DNA from: Felis catus
Taxonomy: Eukaryota
Direction: 5' to 3'
DNA length: 64,000 nucleotides
Assembly: GCF_018350175.1 (NCBI RefSeq)
Contig: NC_058368.1
Location: 216,258,001-216,322,000, forward strand
The notes beneath the pieces were generated by a model, which did not search any database, was not told the DNA's origin, and saw nothing but the letters and a program-made list of their open reading frames with translations. Position 1 is the stretch's first letter. Each line of letters begins with the position of its first letter. This document shows, piece by piece, positions 38,285 to 51,569 of this stretch. The translations under genes were made by a program, and so were the position numbers.

Positions 38285-38745
38285 TCATTTAATGTTGTCC
38301 CAATAATCCTGTACAACAATACACCCCCAGACTTGGCAGCTTAAAACATTGAGCTTTTATTATTGTTCCCAAGAAAAACCTGGCTGACGATGCTGCTTCC
38401 AGTCTTAATCTGGTTTCACTCATTCATGGGCAGCCAGATGTTGTCCTCTTAGATGGCTCTGCGGATCTTGGTGGAGTTCTTGGGGATTTAATCAAATCTT
38501 TAAACTTCAGGCAGCCCAGCCCAGGCTTCTTAGTCTAGAACGGGGACATGATCATGGCAAGGAAGCCTTTTAAGATCTTTTAGGACTTTTAAAACTCACA
38601 CAATGTCATTTGTTTCCCATTCTACTGACCAAGTTACAAATCTAGTGCAAATTCAAGGGTCGTGGAACTAGATTCCATCCTGATGGCTGGAGCTGAAATT
38701 TCAGGGGACCAATCCTGCAAATACAGTAATTGGTGGAGAACTGTA
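38285..38745 (-). mobile_element. MLT1F/H-like MaLR LTR
   Basis: cccagacttggcagcttaaaaca...cagcccaggcttctt...aaactcacacaatgtcatt...cattctactgaccaag...attcaagg...tagattccatcctgatgg. Confidence 0.7.
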
Positions 38746-38804
38746 TCATTTTTATAATGAATTTATCAAAATGTTGTTGGGATGGGGTTTCTTTTGTAAA
38801 GGTA

Positions 38805-38965
38805 GAGAATGGAAGGGAATATGAGAAGCTTCCCTTGCTACTCTTAATGTTATGCTTCTTGTTCTGCATGATGCTTATATGAGTGTCTTCAGTTTGGGAA
38901 ATTAATGAAGCTATAAACTTCTAATTAGTCTGTTTTCTATATGTGTGTCATACCTCTTTAATAAT
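38805..38965 (+). mobile_element. L1ME 3' end
   Basis: aatgttatgcttcttgttctg...gagtgtcttcagtttgggaaatt...aagctataaactt...ttttctatatgt. Confidence 0.6.
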
Positions 38966-40559
38966 CACTAAGAAGAAATAAAAATATATATTATTGAAGA
39001 AGGATAATTCCACATGATGTGAGATGAATAAATTGTCCAAGCTGATGATTCTCCGCACACATGCAGAAATAACATAACCTTTATATTAAAAAAGAAGTAA
39101 TAGCTATGGAGATCTCACGTAGGCCTAAAAGTTTGTTTCAAAAGCAAAATGGCATCCATTGCATTTCTAATAACCTCACAGAGAGGAAGTTTAACAAAAA
39201 CATATCACTTCAGGTGCATTGCAATTGGAGTCATCTAAAAGAGAAATCTGTTGTTTATCAGTTTCCCCCAATTGAAATAAACGTTTTCAGAGACAGTAAT
39301 CAATAGTATAAATACATATATAAATACATTTTTTTAAACTACCATTCTGGATAATACTTTATTTACAAATATGAACTAAGCAATTCCTGGGGATAAAGGC
39401 AAACACTTGTTTGTTGCAAAAATGAAGGGAAATTTAATAAAGTTGTGAACAATATATGAATTACAAATATATAAGATGAGATTAATGGGAGGCATCCTAA
39501 CTATTCAAGAGTGTAAGTGATTTCAGACCAACAAAGCAAATTATTTTAAGTCTGAGAGAAAAAAGCTTTTCCTCATGAAGACAGTTGACATCTACTCCTA
39601 GCAAGAAAAGCCCAAGGTCATGTATGTGTTCAAGATTCAAACTTACTTCATCCCATTTCACACGGACCCCTGTCTTCCTAATAAATCACGTAAAATTCCC
39701 TTGACATACCTAAATAGGCCACAATGTTAACTGATTTTAACTCTGCCAGACCTGTAGCTGCAAAAAATTAAAGAAGTTTTCGGATGCTCAGCATTTCTTT
39801 GTCCTTCCCCTGGGCTGAGATTTTAAATCTCAAGAGTTTACTCTAGGAGTTACTCAGAGGCATTAGAAACAACTAGCCTTTTTCAGTTCCATTTCTACAG
39901 GATATAGTAGCTGCCACGTAGGCTCCTAAATTCTAGTACATCTTTTCATCTACTAGGAATAGACGTAGAAATACGGCCAAATACACAGCTATATATTGGT
40001 CATGGGCAGTGCCAGTTACTTTACTCTGATCATACAAGTTCAAGTTCATACTGAGGTAGACCAATATATAATTAAATGCCGTGAACATAATTGCCAGAAT
40101 AGGCCAAAAATTACCCTCAATATTGGCATTTGATGATTAGTAATAATAATAATGATAATAATGATAATACACTTTCAGTGTGATATTGAATGGCAAGAGT
40201 AAAATATGTAGACTCAGACTCTAATTGTTGTAATCTTTTGAAATATAATTTTGTTGGGTTTTAAGGGAAAATCATTCAGTAAGGCATTTTAGAGCATAAT
40301 GGGAATTTTTAGTGTAAATCTTGTAGGTAGGAAAAACATGATTCGACTACCTAATTACATTCTTGTAGTGAGTCAAAAAGAGAAGAAACTTGAGTTAAAA
40401 CTGGAAATGACTCAATTTGTGGCTCTGGAACACTATTATGAATTTTCTTTCTTTTTTCACTCTGATTTAATAATCTGCAAAAACATTCATTAAAAGCAAA
40501 CATCATAATTATCACTTGATACAGTGAACATACTTGATAGAAACAGAAACCTCTTCCAC

Positions 40560-40750
40560 TTGCTACATTATAAATCTGAATTTATCATTTAAGATCTGGT
40601 ACTAATGTATCTCCCCCTGAGATGGATACATTTTCTTCCTTAAATGGCTCCAAAAACACTTTATAAAAATTTGTTTTTAATTTTTTTCACCTTGTACTGT
40701 TACTGTTTATGGATATTCTTATATGTCTTCTCTTCCCACCCTAGTATAGT
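40560..40750 (+). mobile_element. L2 3' fragment
   Basis: tatcatttaagatctggtactaatgtatctcc...ttgtactgttactgtt...atgtcttctcttcccaccctag. Confidence 0.5.
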
Positions 40751-40955
40751 GAATAGAATATGGAATATATAAATCAAAATGAATATAATAAAGAAAATTT
40801 TGTAAGCTTACTTTTTTATAAAAATAACTTGGAGGAAAGATGTGAAGTGAAAATAATTAAACCAATGGTGGCGATGTTACATATGTGTTGGTATATGTGT
40901 AAAAGTACCTACAAATATAATTAAAAAATGATTAAACATCAGAGATCTTTGGTTT

Positions 40956-41175
40956 TTTTTTTTTTTTTTTTTTTTTTAGTTTATTTATTTTGAGAGAGAC
41001 AGAAACAACACAAATGGGGGAGGGGCAGAGAGAGAGGAGAGAGAGAATCCCAAGCAGTCTCCCTGTTGTCAGCGCAGAGCCCAATGCAGGGCTCAAACTT
41101 AAGAAACCATGAGATCATGGCCTGAGCTGAAATGACGAGGAGGGAGCTTAACCAACTGAGTCACCCAGATGCCAC
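40956..41175 (-). mobile_element. CanSINE (SINEC_b-like) with long poly-T tail
   Basis: T-run, gagaatcccaagcag, ...ctgagtcacccagatgcc. Confidence 0.92.
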
Positions 41176-41189
41176 TAGATATATTTGTT

Positions 41190-41411
41190 TTAAAAAAACT
41201 TTAATGTTTTATTTATTTTTGAGAGAGAGAGAGAGAGAAAGAATGAGAAGGGGAGGGGCAGAGAGAGAGGGAGACACAGAATCTGAAGAAGGCTCTAGGC
41301 TCTGAGGCTGTCAACACAGAGCCTGACGCGTGAGGCTTGAACTCGTGAATCTTGAGATCCTGACCTGAGCTGAACTTGGGCACTTAAGCGACTGAACCAC
41401 CCAGATGCCCT
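41190..41411 (-). mobile_element. CanSINE
   Basis: gagacacagaatctgaag...cacttaagcgactgaaccacccagatgccc. Confidence 0.92.
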
Positions 41412-41504
41412 CACCTTAGAAATCTTTTGAAATAACAATTACTAAACTAACCCCATTAAATCATATTTTCCAGAAATAGAACATTATAAAATATAATTGG
41501 GTCA

Positions 41505-41723
41505 GGGGCATGGGTGACTCAGTAGGTTAAGCGTCAGACTCCGGCTCAGGTCATGATCTCGTGCTTCGTAAATTCGAGCTCCGCATCTGGCCCTGTGCTA
41601 ACAGCTCAGAGGCTGGAGCCTGCTTCGATGTCTCCCTCTCTTTCTGCTCCTCCCCTGCTCATGCTCTGTCTCAGTCTCTGTCTCTCTCTCTCTTTCAAAA
41701 TTAAACATTAAAAAAAGAAAATG
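41505..41723 (+). mobile_element. CanSINE
   Basis: Head, (CT)n tract and A tail. Degenerate TSD aaaata(t/g)aatt(g/a)gg. Confidence 0.92.
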
Positions 41724-44400
41724 AAAATAGAATTAGGATACAAACCAAAATAAAATACAGATACATCTATATTTACCCATGTATAGGTTTACACATAGTT
41801 ATCATTTATTTCTTATATGTGCACAATATGTATTAATTTTATGTGTATTGTACATACACACATACATACATACATACATGTGTGTGTGAGATAAAGGCAA
41901 GTGTATATTGCTTATTGTTTATGTAGAGAGTGTCCTCTCTAATAAAATATCTCTATTTCTTAACTAGATAATGTCTACAATTGATTAGCACTGTTTAATG
42001 ATTATCAAACTCCCAGTAAGGGAGGTGTTTTTACTAAATTGGTGATTGTGTTGGGAAATATGAGTCCTCTTTTCTTCTGAAAATTCCACAAGTTATTAAG
42101 CTGGGTAAGACACACCAGGAGCCTTTATGAGTTTTTATTTTATTATCCTTTTAAATTTTGCTTTTGTATAAATGGATATCAAAAACTAGCCTTATGTATA
42201 CACATTTGAAATGGGAGAATGAGGAATTTTGACATTACATAAACCACTGAGCCTGCATTTAAATAGCCACTGAAACCTTGACTCTTTAATAGGTGGTTAG
42301 TCATTCCTGCAAATAAGATTTTTCATTTTGATTCAATACAGCCGTCCTTTCCACAAAAGCCTACATTTCAGAACTTCTGATGGATTTGGCAGATCATTGA
42401 GAATTGCACTATATGAATTGAGAAATGTAGTAAATGTGTATTATATTTCATTGTCATTTTGTATAAATAATTTTAAATATGTGTGTCTTTTCTAAAAGAT
42501 AATTGCATTATAAATATTTGCACTTAAAATTATAATTTCTTATGAATTATTCAAGAAAAAAATTGTATAATATTTTTGAACAGCCAAAAAGAATTTCCCT
42601 GTAGTTACTTAAATCAAAAACGACAAAATACATTTCCTTCAAACTTCCTGAATTATTTTATTCTAGGTTAAGAACCAGCATGATGAAGTTTATCCCCAAA
42701 GGTACTCAGTGGAAAAGCTATAAGCCATGGAAAATGGGGTTTAAATTCAAAGTGCCATCTCAGAAAGCATAATAAAAATAGATTTTCAGTCTGCCCCAAA
42801 CACAAATAGTAATGCCATAAAATATGAAATATTGGGAGTATGGTATTGCCATCTTTAATTTTTATAGTGGGGTTTTTCTCAGATCTTCCTCTATGCTAGA
42901 AAATAACCTTATATCCTGTGAAAGTCATCCGCTTCTCTCGGCAGACCTAGAAACTTGGATGAAGTCTCAAAATATGCGAATGAAAATATGTGGTGATTTT
43001 GAAGATTAGACCACTGCAAATTATATTACTATACAAATAATTTAAGATGACAGAAATAATTGGGAAGGATCACTTGAAATGGCCCTTTCATGGAATAATT
43101 CAATCTAAATATAATCAACAAGGATTGAATTGAAAAGACCCAGACTGATAGACTTTATTTTATGGCTATAAGAACCCATTTCTTACCACTGGAAAACACT
43201 CAATCAAGGAGAAATCTCACATGTAGGCTACAGTGATTCATTGTTGCATCATTTTGCTCTGTCTACGGCTTGAAGTGACTCATCTGAATGAGGATTTTAG
43301 GTAGGGTTCAGAGAATGGGATTGGATCCACCTATAATAAGTATATTTGACCCTGAATTTCCAGACCTATAACCAGAGTAATTGTGTGTGCCTGTGTGCAC
43401 ATGTATGTGTGTATTTTTGCGTGTATGTGTTTACCATGCTCTATCAGGGCACGACTCTATGATTCATTCCTTTGTTGCCGCTGCACCTTGTCTCATTCTT
43501 TCCCTGACACCCATTTGTATAACATATATCATAAAGTTGTGTGATTTTTCCTTAACAAATACCAATAAACGCCTATGTTGCAAAACTCAAACAAAGCAGA
43601 TTGGCGTTTTCAAGTCTCATCTTATTGTAATCACACATGTCAATAGTAACAGCGGCTCTGATACTATTTATGATGACCGAGTTCATGATAAACTTGCACT
43701 TGTGTTTTATTCAGTGAAATGGTTTCGGTTAAAGGGTGGGAAATTTTACATCACGGGGACTGCCATTTTCCATATTTCTAATTTGGAGGCTAGTTATTGT
43801 ATATCATATCCGGGCCTTATGGAATGTATAATCTGGTGGATTCCAATGAAAATAGTTGTAGTGAATTCCAAAAGCAACGATTCTCATTTTACGTGGCTAA
43901 TTAAGATTCTTCCTCAATTGTTCTTTAGTTATGTCACTAAATCTTTAGGTTGCAGCCAAAACAATTTTTTCAGGGGAGACAATTTCTTGTCTTTTATGTC
44001 CATATACTATTGAAATGTCTGCTCTTCATAAAATAGTTTCTCTGATTACAGATTTGTACCAAGCGTCTAGAGTAATAAAGGTCAAATAATACACATTATA
44101 TTATAAGGCAAGGGCTCTGGCTGCCAAGAAGTAGAGTTCTGCTTCCTATTGGTTTGGGTCTACTAACTCTGAGGACTTGTTTTAGGTGGCTTTCGTATAG
44201 GGAGTAGTTTGCAAATAGAGGCCATTCCTTAGGAAAGCAATCTCAAGACCAATTTGGTACACACAGGGAGTGGATCTGAAGTTGCTTAGGAGCTCAACAT
44301 TATTGGCCTCCTATTTGGAACATGCTAACTCCTTTTGTTGGACATATTGAGACTAGGAATGTGATTTAAATTGCCCCCCCCCCCCCCCCCCCCCCGTCTC

Positions 44401-44619
44401 GGGCGCCTGGGTGGCTCAGTCAGTTAAGCGGCCCACTTCAGCTCAGGTCATGATCTCGTGGTCCGTGAGTTCGAGCCCCGAACCAGCTGTGCTGACAGCT
44501 CAGAGCCTGGATCCTGTTTCAGATTCTGTGTCTCCCTCTCTCTGACCCCCCCCCCCCTTTCATGTTCTGTTTCTCCCTGTCTCAAAAATAAATAAAACGT
44601 TAAAAAAATATTTAAAAAA

Positions 44620-44660
<41 letters not shown>
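44401..44660 (+). mobile_element. CanSINE with (TAAA)n tail
   Basis: TSD aaattg(C)n-g(t/c)ctc on both sides. Confidence 0.94.
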
Positions 44661-44662
<2 letters not shown>

Positions 44663-44978
44663 ATTGCCCCCCGCCTCTTTAAGAGGAAAAGTGAAGTCTT
44701 AAACAGGGATGGTTTAACGCAATCATCACATACAGACATTCATATTTTTATGATTTTGTGCTCTCTACCCTGACCTAAGAATAGGGATGTTTCTGGTATG
44801 ACAGCCACCTGCACATTTCCAAGATTTCAAATGTCCTATAAAGTTTATAAATTGATTATAAATCCTCAGATTCTATAATCTCTGGGGCCCCAATGAAAAA
44901 AAATGTTTTGATGCAATGTTTTAAGGGCAAAGAAAATTCTTCTTTTTGTTGTTAGTTTCGTTTATGTGTTAATTAATT

Positions 44979-45183
44979 AATCAATATTTAATGTTTATTT
45001 TTTTTAGAGAGACAGTGCGAGTGGGGGAGGATCAGAGAGAGAGGGAGACACAGAATCCAAAACAGGATCCAGGCTCCGAGCCGTCTGCACAGAGCCCGAC
45101 ACGGGGCTCAAACTCATGAACCCTGAGATCATGACCCGAGCTGAACTCAGAAGTTTAACAGACTGAGCCACCCAGTGCCCCCC
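44979..45183 (-). mobile_element. CanSINE
   Basis: TSD tgtgttaatt(a/c)att at 44965 and 45184. Confidence 0.93.
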
Positions 45184-45500
45184 TGTGTTAATTCATTTTA
45201 ATATTTGCATTTAGCACCTACTATATGCCAGGGAATCTCCTAACGGTGAGGGTATAGTGGCAAGCAAAATAATAAACACTTTGTTTTTCAGAGCTTATTT
45301 TCCTGAGAGAAAAATATACAGGTAAATGAGTAATATACATCACTTTAATATTGGCAAGTGCAAAGGAAAAAATAAAGCTGTGAAAAATTGTAGAAAGTTA
45401 AGTAGGATGTAATTTTTGATAGAATGTACACGGAATATACTTGATATTTAAGATGAAAAGAAAATGATTTAGGAAGCCATGCAAAGAAATGCAGATAACA
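45184..45500 (-). mobile_element. L2 3' end
   Basis: aatatttgcatttagcacctactatatgccagg...ggtatagtggcaagcaaa...cagagcttattttc. Confidence 0.75.
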
Positions 45501-45509
45501 GTAGAAATA

Positions 45510-45950
45510 AATGTCATTATATTCACCAGATTGGTAAACTTACGAAGCTGATAGCGATTTTACAAAGCCATAACACCTAGTCCTGTTAGGAATCTGGGTA
45601 AAAGGATATACTTACATTTTGCATAAATGCCATTTGTTACAGTTTTCTAGAAGCAATCTGGCAATGTAAATCATAGTTAAAATACACATACCCTTCATAT
45701 GCACAATCTCACTTTTTAAATTTCTTTCTATAGAATTATGTACATGTGTGTATGTGTATGTACATGCATAAAAACATGTTAAATGTAATCATGCTTCATA
45801 GAAAAAATAAAACAGAATTATTTTGAGGGGCTAGCAATGAAGGATTAACCGAGTAAAATGTGTTACATGTGCTCTATGAAGTATCAGTTAGTCAGTAGTA
45901 ATAATGAATTAAAGCTATAGCAGTTGCCTTTAAGACACCTCCAGTTGTGT
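45510..45950 (+). mobile_element. L1ME 3' fragment
   Basis: caccagattggtaaac...ttctagaagcaatctggcaat...aaatacacatacccttca...caatctcact. Confidence 0.65.
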
Positions 45951-46777
45951 TTTCAGTTATTTCCATTGAATCAAGATTGTATTCTTCACTTGTGTATGAT
46001 TTTGGAGTATTAATTCTGAAACAATAACTTTCACCCAAACCCTGTGATATCTCTAGGTCCTCATTTCCCTAATTCAGAGGATTGGTACTTAAATTATAAT
46101 ATGGCAAGAATGAGAAGAGTAATCCAATATGTCAAGCCAATATGAATGGGCATATTGTGATTTAGAACAATGGATAGAAAACTGAAGCCTAAGAAATGTT
46201 ACAATGTGGTATTCTGAGTGTACATATGCAGTAGTCAGACTATATGTCTATAAATATTTCTCAGTGCAACTTAATGTGACAGAGATTATGCTTAATCCTA
46301 ATGATGTAGTAGTGAATATTGGAGTTTTCCCTTACGGAATTTAATTTTATCAGGGATTACAAATGCAACAAATGGGAAAATATATGTTTTTAATGGGAAA
46401 TGTTAACCCCAAAACCTACCCTAGTTATGAATTGCAGGGAATCAAGGAGTCCTAGCTGAAGAATTGATCCTAAAGAATCAGAAAGAATTAGACGGAAAGA
46501 AAAAAAAAGAAAAAGGAAAAAAAAAGGAAAGTTAATAGAGATTGTAAGAAGAATGTAAAGAAAGTCACATAGGAAACAGAAGTTAAGATATTGAAGAAAC
46601 CCGAGGTTTATGTGAGTGGCCTTCGAGGGCTATAGATGGTAGTATAATCTACAGTGGTTATGAAGAAACAAGTTTTTGAGGGAGACTCTCGGGTTTGTGA
46701 GAAAGGGCTGGCTAGACATTAAACGTGGGCTGATTTGTTTTTCATTGAAACTGAATGTGGTGTTAGGGCACATGGGT

Positions 46778-47436
46778 GGCTTTCTCCACATCAACAAGAA
46801 GGCTGTTTTGCCTTTCTTTATCTTTTGTGTGTTCACTGGAGTGGCATTTTTAATTTCCGTCGAAGACTTTCTTTGTATTCAAACTTGGTTAACTGGTAGA
46901 AGACCTAACTTTTGGCCTATCTTGGCTTTCAACATGCCTTTCTCACTAAGCTTAATCATCTGTAGCTTTTGATTGAAAGTAAAGAGACAGGAGACTTTTC
47001 CTCTTCCTTGAACAGGTAGAGGCCATGTTAGGGTTATTAACTGGCCTCATGTCAATATTGTTGTGTCTCAGGAAATAGGGAAGCCTGAAGAGAAAAGGAG
47101 AAACAGCCAGTCAGTGGAGCCATCAAAACACATACATTTGTCAGTTACATTTACCCTCTGATATGGGCACAGCTCATGGCATTCCCAAAGCTATTACAAT
47201 AGTAGGATCAAAGATCACTGTTCACAGATCACCATGACAAATATAATAAGAAAAAAGTCTGAAATATTATGAGGATTACCAAAATGTGACAGAAAGACAT
47301 GAAGTGAGCAAACACTATTAGAAAAATGAGGCCAATAGACTGACTCAATGCGGATTCCCCACAAACCTTCAATTTGTAAAAATCACAATTTCCTGCAATA
47401 AATATAATACATCGTGCAACACAATGAAGTACGCCT
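46778..47436 (-). mobile_element. Tigger1 DNA transposon 5' part (left TIR plus decayed transposase N-terminus)
   Basis: Reverse complement starts AGGCGTACTTC (Tigger1 CAGGCATACCTC), then TTTTACAAATTGAAGGTTTGTGG, CTGAGACACAACAATATTGA, start codon at 47026 (ATGGCCTCTA), and ACTCCAGTGAACACAC. Confidence 0.92.
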
Positions 47437-49945
47437 CCATATTCCCTGTTCTGAGCTCATGCATACGGGTCAAAGTTGTTTAAGAAGACCACAAACATTC
47501 CATTTGTACATAGTAGATTAAATGAATTACATATATGAGGGTTGCATGTAAGCGTTAAGTTATTTTCCCCCAATTGTTTATCACATTTCACATAAAAATA
47601 AATATAAAATTATCTTTTGGAGACAGACCTTTCAAATTCACATTATTTTGACATGTGGATCTGAAAATCTGTTTTTGTATCCCAAATCCTTTGTGATGTG
47701 TGAAGTTTCTACTTACAAAATTATATTTATTCAAGTGAAAATATTTGCTGGACATTTTTAGTCTGAGTGTTTTTCAAATCCATTACATACTATTTTGAGA
47801 AACGGTAAGAAAATATGCAGTCAATGTAATTTCCTGGACGACGATGAAGCAACCTGACACTTACATCAACTGTAGATCATGCTTGATATAGTCACCATTC
47901 TTACTTTATTCGAAGCAATGAACTTTTCTCACACATTTAAATTTCTGAAATATGTGCATTTTGAAAAAGAGAGGCACATCCTTCTCCGGCCTTGAAGAAA
48001 AGAGTAAAGCCTGTTTTTGTTTCACTTTGTATCAGGGTGTCTGAAATAATTGTGCTTCAACACCCCTTTGGAAGAAAGAGGACTTTGCATTCTCCTCCAT
48101 CAACTGAAAGCAATGTAGCATTACAAAATCTGCCCATTCTATTAATAGATTTGCAACTGAAGCAAAAGAGATTCAAGGCCTTTTTAGATCTTGGAGAATT
48201 TTACAACAGAATCCCCAGCAAAAGACCGTAGGAAAGAGTACACCAACAAATTATACTTTTTATGGGATAGGAGATTTAGTGTGTTTATCAAAATCTTTAT
48301 ACCATGTGACTTTTTTTTTTAATTTCTGAAGCTAACAACACAATGCAGAAATTCACCTTTACCCTGTATTTTTTAATTAAGAAAGAACATTTAAATGTCA
48401 GCATTCTTAAGAGAAAAAAAATGAACATGTTAATAATTCAAGAACATACAATTTGAAATGATTATAAAAACTAATTTGGATTTCTCTCCCATGACTGTAA
48501 CATAATTTATTAGTTGTCAAAATAAAAACTTGTTTTGGGGGAAATAATAAGTTTAAACTATATCAATTAATTCTGTGTATACCCAATTTCTCAAATTTAC
48601 ATGCAAGCAAATCAACCAACCTTTGTAAAGCTTGAACTTAATATAATTATGGAAAGTACCTAAATATTACATCTTGGACAGCTCTGCAAAAATCCCAAAA
48701 CTTAGCACAACTATCCAGCATATACTACTGGCTGAAGATGAAAGATTAACAAAAATATAGATTGAATTGTGTTGCCTCATATGAAACAGGATATTAATAA
48801 ATTATGATTTCTAGTGGGTATTCGATTTTTCCTTTTTACATTTGTTCTCTTTTCTCACTAGCCAAAGGTTAGTGTTGGGTGAGATGGAATTAAATCCGGT
48901 CGACAACTGTGAGGGTGGTCTCAAAGGGATTAAATTTATGACTATCAACCCAGGCTATGCAGCAAAGTGTCTGAAAAAAATTTTTTTTAACTATTCAGAT
49001 TTAGGTTATAGTTAATATAAATATCCTGACAATAGTATACCTTCAGGGATTGAGCAAGGCAGGAGGAAATTTCTAGGGTCAGTATACTTTGCAATGTTCA
49101 CATGATTTTAATAAGAAGCCCGCACTGAAAACCATTGCACTTAAACTATTCGAGATAGTCGCGTCAATATTTTCATGGTGATCGGTTCAGTATACGCTTT
49201 CCTAAACCCGTCAATGGGTTGAGATGAGATATCCAGTCTGCAAAATCTGATTCAAAAGTGAAAATCAGTGTGTGACTCGGAACATCATCTGATAAGTCTG
49301 GGGCACAAATTGTTTTCCTTGCTCTCATGAATTTGTGTGTAAATATAGAACATGAAATTGTTTCGGTCACTCAGAGGACTAAGCCCGCACAAGGAGTGAT
49401 GAAATCCCAAGAGAATCACAGAAATGTTAATTTAGTCTGAATAGGCATCACTTGCAGTGTATCTAACTTGACCATTTCCAGTTGAGCCAACAGCAAACAC
49501 CTTTCTTCTTTCTCTCCCTCTTTGATTTAAGTGACTATTCTCCTAACATTAAAATTAAATTACCTAATTTAAAAAAAAAAAATTCTTAGGCCTTATCTTG
49601 TCATTTAATTTTGCTGTTAATTTGCTTGAATCCTATATGTTATGCTCATTCTTAATTATAAATTGTATCTTATTCCTTCATGAGGACTGCTATATTTAAT
49701 CTGGCCAGAAAAGAAAGCTACTCAAACATAGTACAGAATAAGAATCTGTAGTAATCTGACAATATGTCAGTAGCAAAATAGAAGGATCCCTTCCATAGTC
49801 AGAGAGTACATAGATACTTGAGAAGATTGCATGTTATTATCACCTTTATTCACCAAGATATCTGACATTTGATCTGCTTCACTGAGAAAAAACAGAAATA
49901 AATATACGAAGTTAAATTATACACTTATAAATGATTTCTCACCTC

Positions 49946-50410
49946 AAAATTATTTAATTTAATAATTAATTAATTAAATAATTATTTAATTATTTAATTA
50001 ATAAAATTATTATTTTAATATAATATAAAATTATATAGTTAATTTTATTAATAATATATATTATAATTAATTATAATATATATATATTATATTAAATATA
50101 TAATATATATATAATATATATTATATATATATAATATATATAATATATATAATATATTATATATATTAATAAAATTATATAATTAATTTTATTAATTATA
50201 TATTATAATTAATAAAATTAATAAAATTAATAAAATTTAATTATTTAATTATTTAATTATTATATATTATATAATATTATATATATTATATATATATTAT
50301 ATATTATATATATTATATATAATTATATAATTATTTAATTATTTAATTATTTAATTAAATAATTATTTAATTATATAATTATTTAATTTAATAATTTCAA
50401 TTATTTAATT
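49946..50410. repeat. AT-only low-complexity palindromic repeat
   Basis: 465 nt with one G (50038) and one C (50398), containing internal perfect inverted repeats. Confidence 0.95.
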
Positions 50411-51075
50411 GAAAATGTTTTTGTGAAATTATTAGAGTATAAAATAATTACTAAAAATAACTGTCTTTCTATGTAAGCAACAAAGTAATATAACAAATTA
50501 TTACATAGAAAACAAGTTTAAAAATATAAATTTGCTCACCATATGTATGACAATTAAAAATCTATTATATATATATTTATATCTATTATATATAGAGAGA
50601 AAGAGATAGAAACAGAGACATACAGTAAAATTATAGAAGCTTTAAGAAAAAGAGTGTTTTTTTAAGTTTGTGGATGTGCATGGCATCAGAAAATGATCCA
50701 TAATAAATGATCCATAATAAAATACACTGCCTGATTTTCACATACCACCAAGAACTAACAAAGTAACTAAAAATTAAACTGAGTGAAATATTTGCAATAA
50801 ATAGACACATACATTACTATCACTAAGCCTTATTAACTGGGATACGTTCAGAAGATATCAAGAGATATTTTGGAAAAAATGATAATAAATAGAATTTACA
50901 CTATTCATTTTTGTAATAAAACACAATTTCTCCAAGAAGATACTCTTTTCAGTTATGGAAATTATGATATTTATGTTATAATTTAACATTATTATATTAT
51001 AAGAAAGTTTTCAGGAGACAGATAGTCTCTTACACTGTGGGCAAAAGTCTATACCAATAAAACTGAGTAAAATGA

Positions 51076-51303
51076 GGGGAGCCTGGGTGGCTCAGTCTGT
51101 TGAGTGTCCAACTTTGGCTCAGGTCATGGGCTCAGGTCATGATCTCTCAGTTGACGAGTTCGAGCCCTGAGTAGGGCTCTGTGCTGATAGCTCAGAGCCT
51201 GGAGCCTGCTTTGGATTCTATGTCTCCCTCCCTCTGCCCCTCCCCTACTCATGCTCTGTCTCTCTCTGTCCCAAAAATAAATATAACCATTAAAAAAAAG
51301 ATT
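51076..51303 (+). mobile_element. CanSINE with 13-bp internal tandem duplication
   Basis: TSD aaaactgagtaaa(a/g)tga. ggctcaggtcatg occurs twice at 51116-51141. Confidence 0.94.
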
Positions 51304-51569
51304 AAAACTGAGTAAAGTGAGACAATCGGTAATACATATTATATAATCTCATCAATTATATACTTTGACTTGCTCCGTTCCCTGTATTGTGTGTTATTAT
51401 AGACACCCACACATATGTACCTACACATAATTTCTCTGAGTTTAGATTATACATGATTGATTTTTATATGGCTTATCCATATTTTTGAAATTATCTACTA
51501 TATCATATCTTTAACTTGTATTCAAAATGAGCTATCAAAATGAATTATTCCTTCCCTTTGACTCTTATA

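Noticed and set aside
46630..47026. Possible domesticated Tigger transposase (TIGD-like)
   Set aside because: Only the frameshifted N-terminal part remains, attached to the TIR. It is an ordinary fossil.
49100..49400. CpG-containing unique patch with a 65-aa minus-strand ORF and repeated AAGCCCGCAC
   Set aside because: No recognisable protein, no paired splice sites, and too few CpGs for an island.
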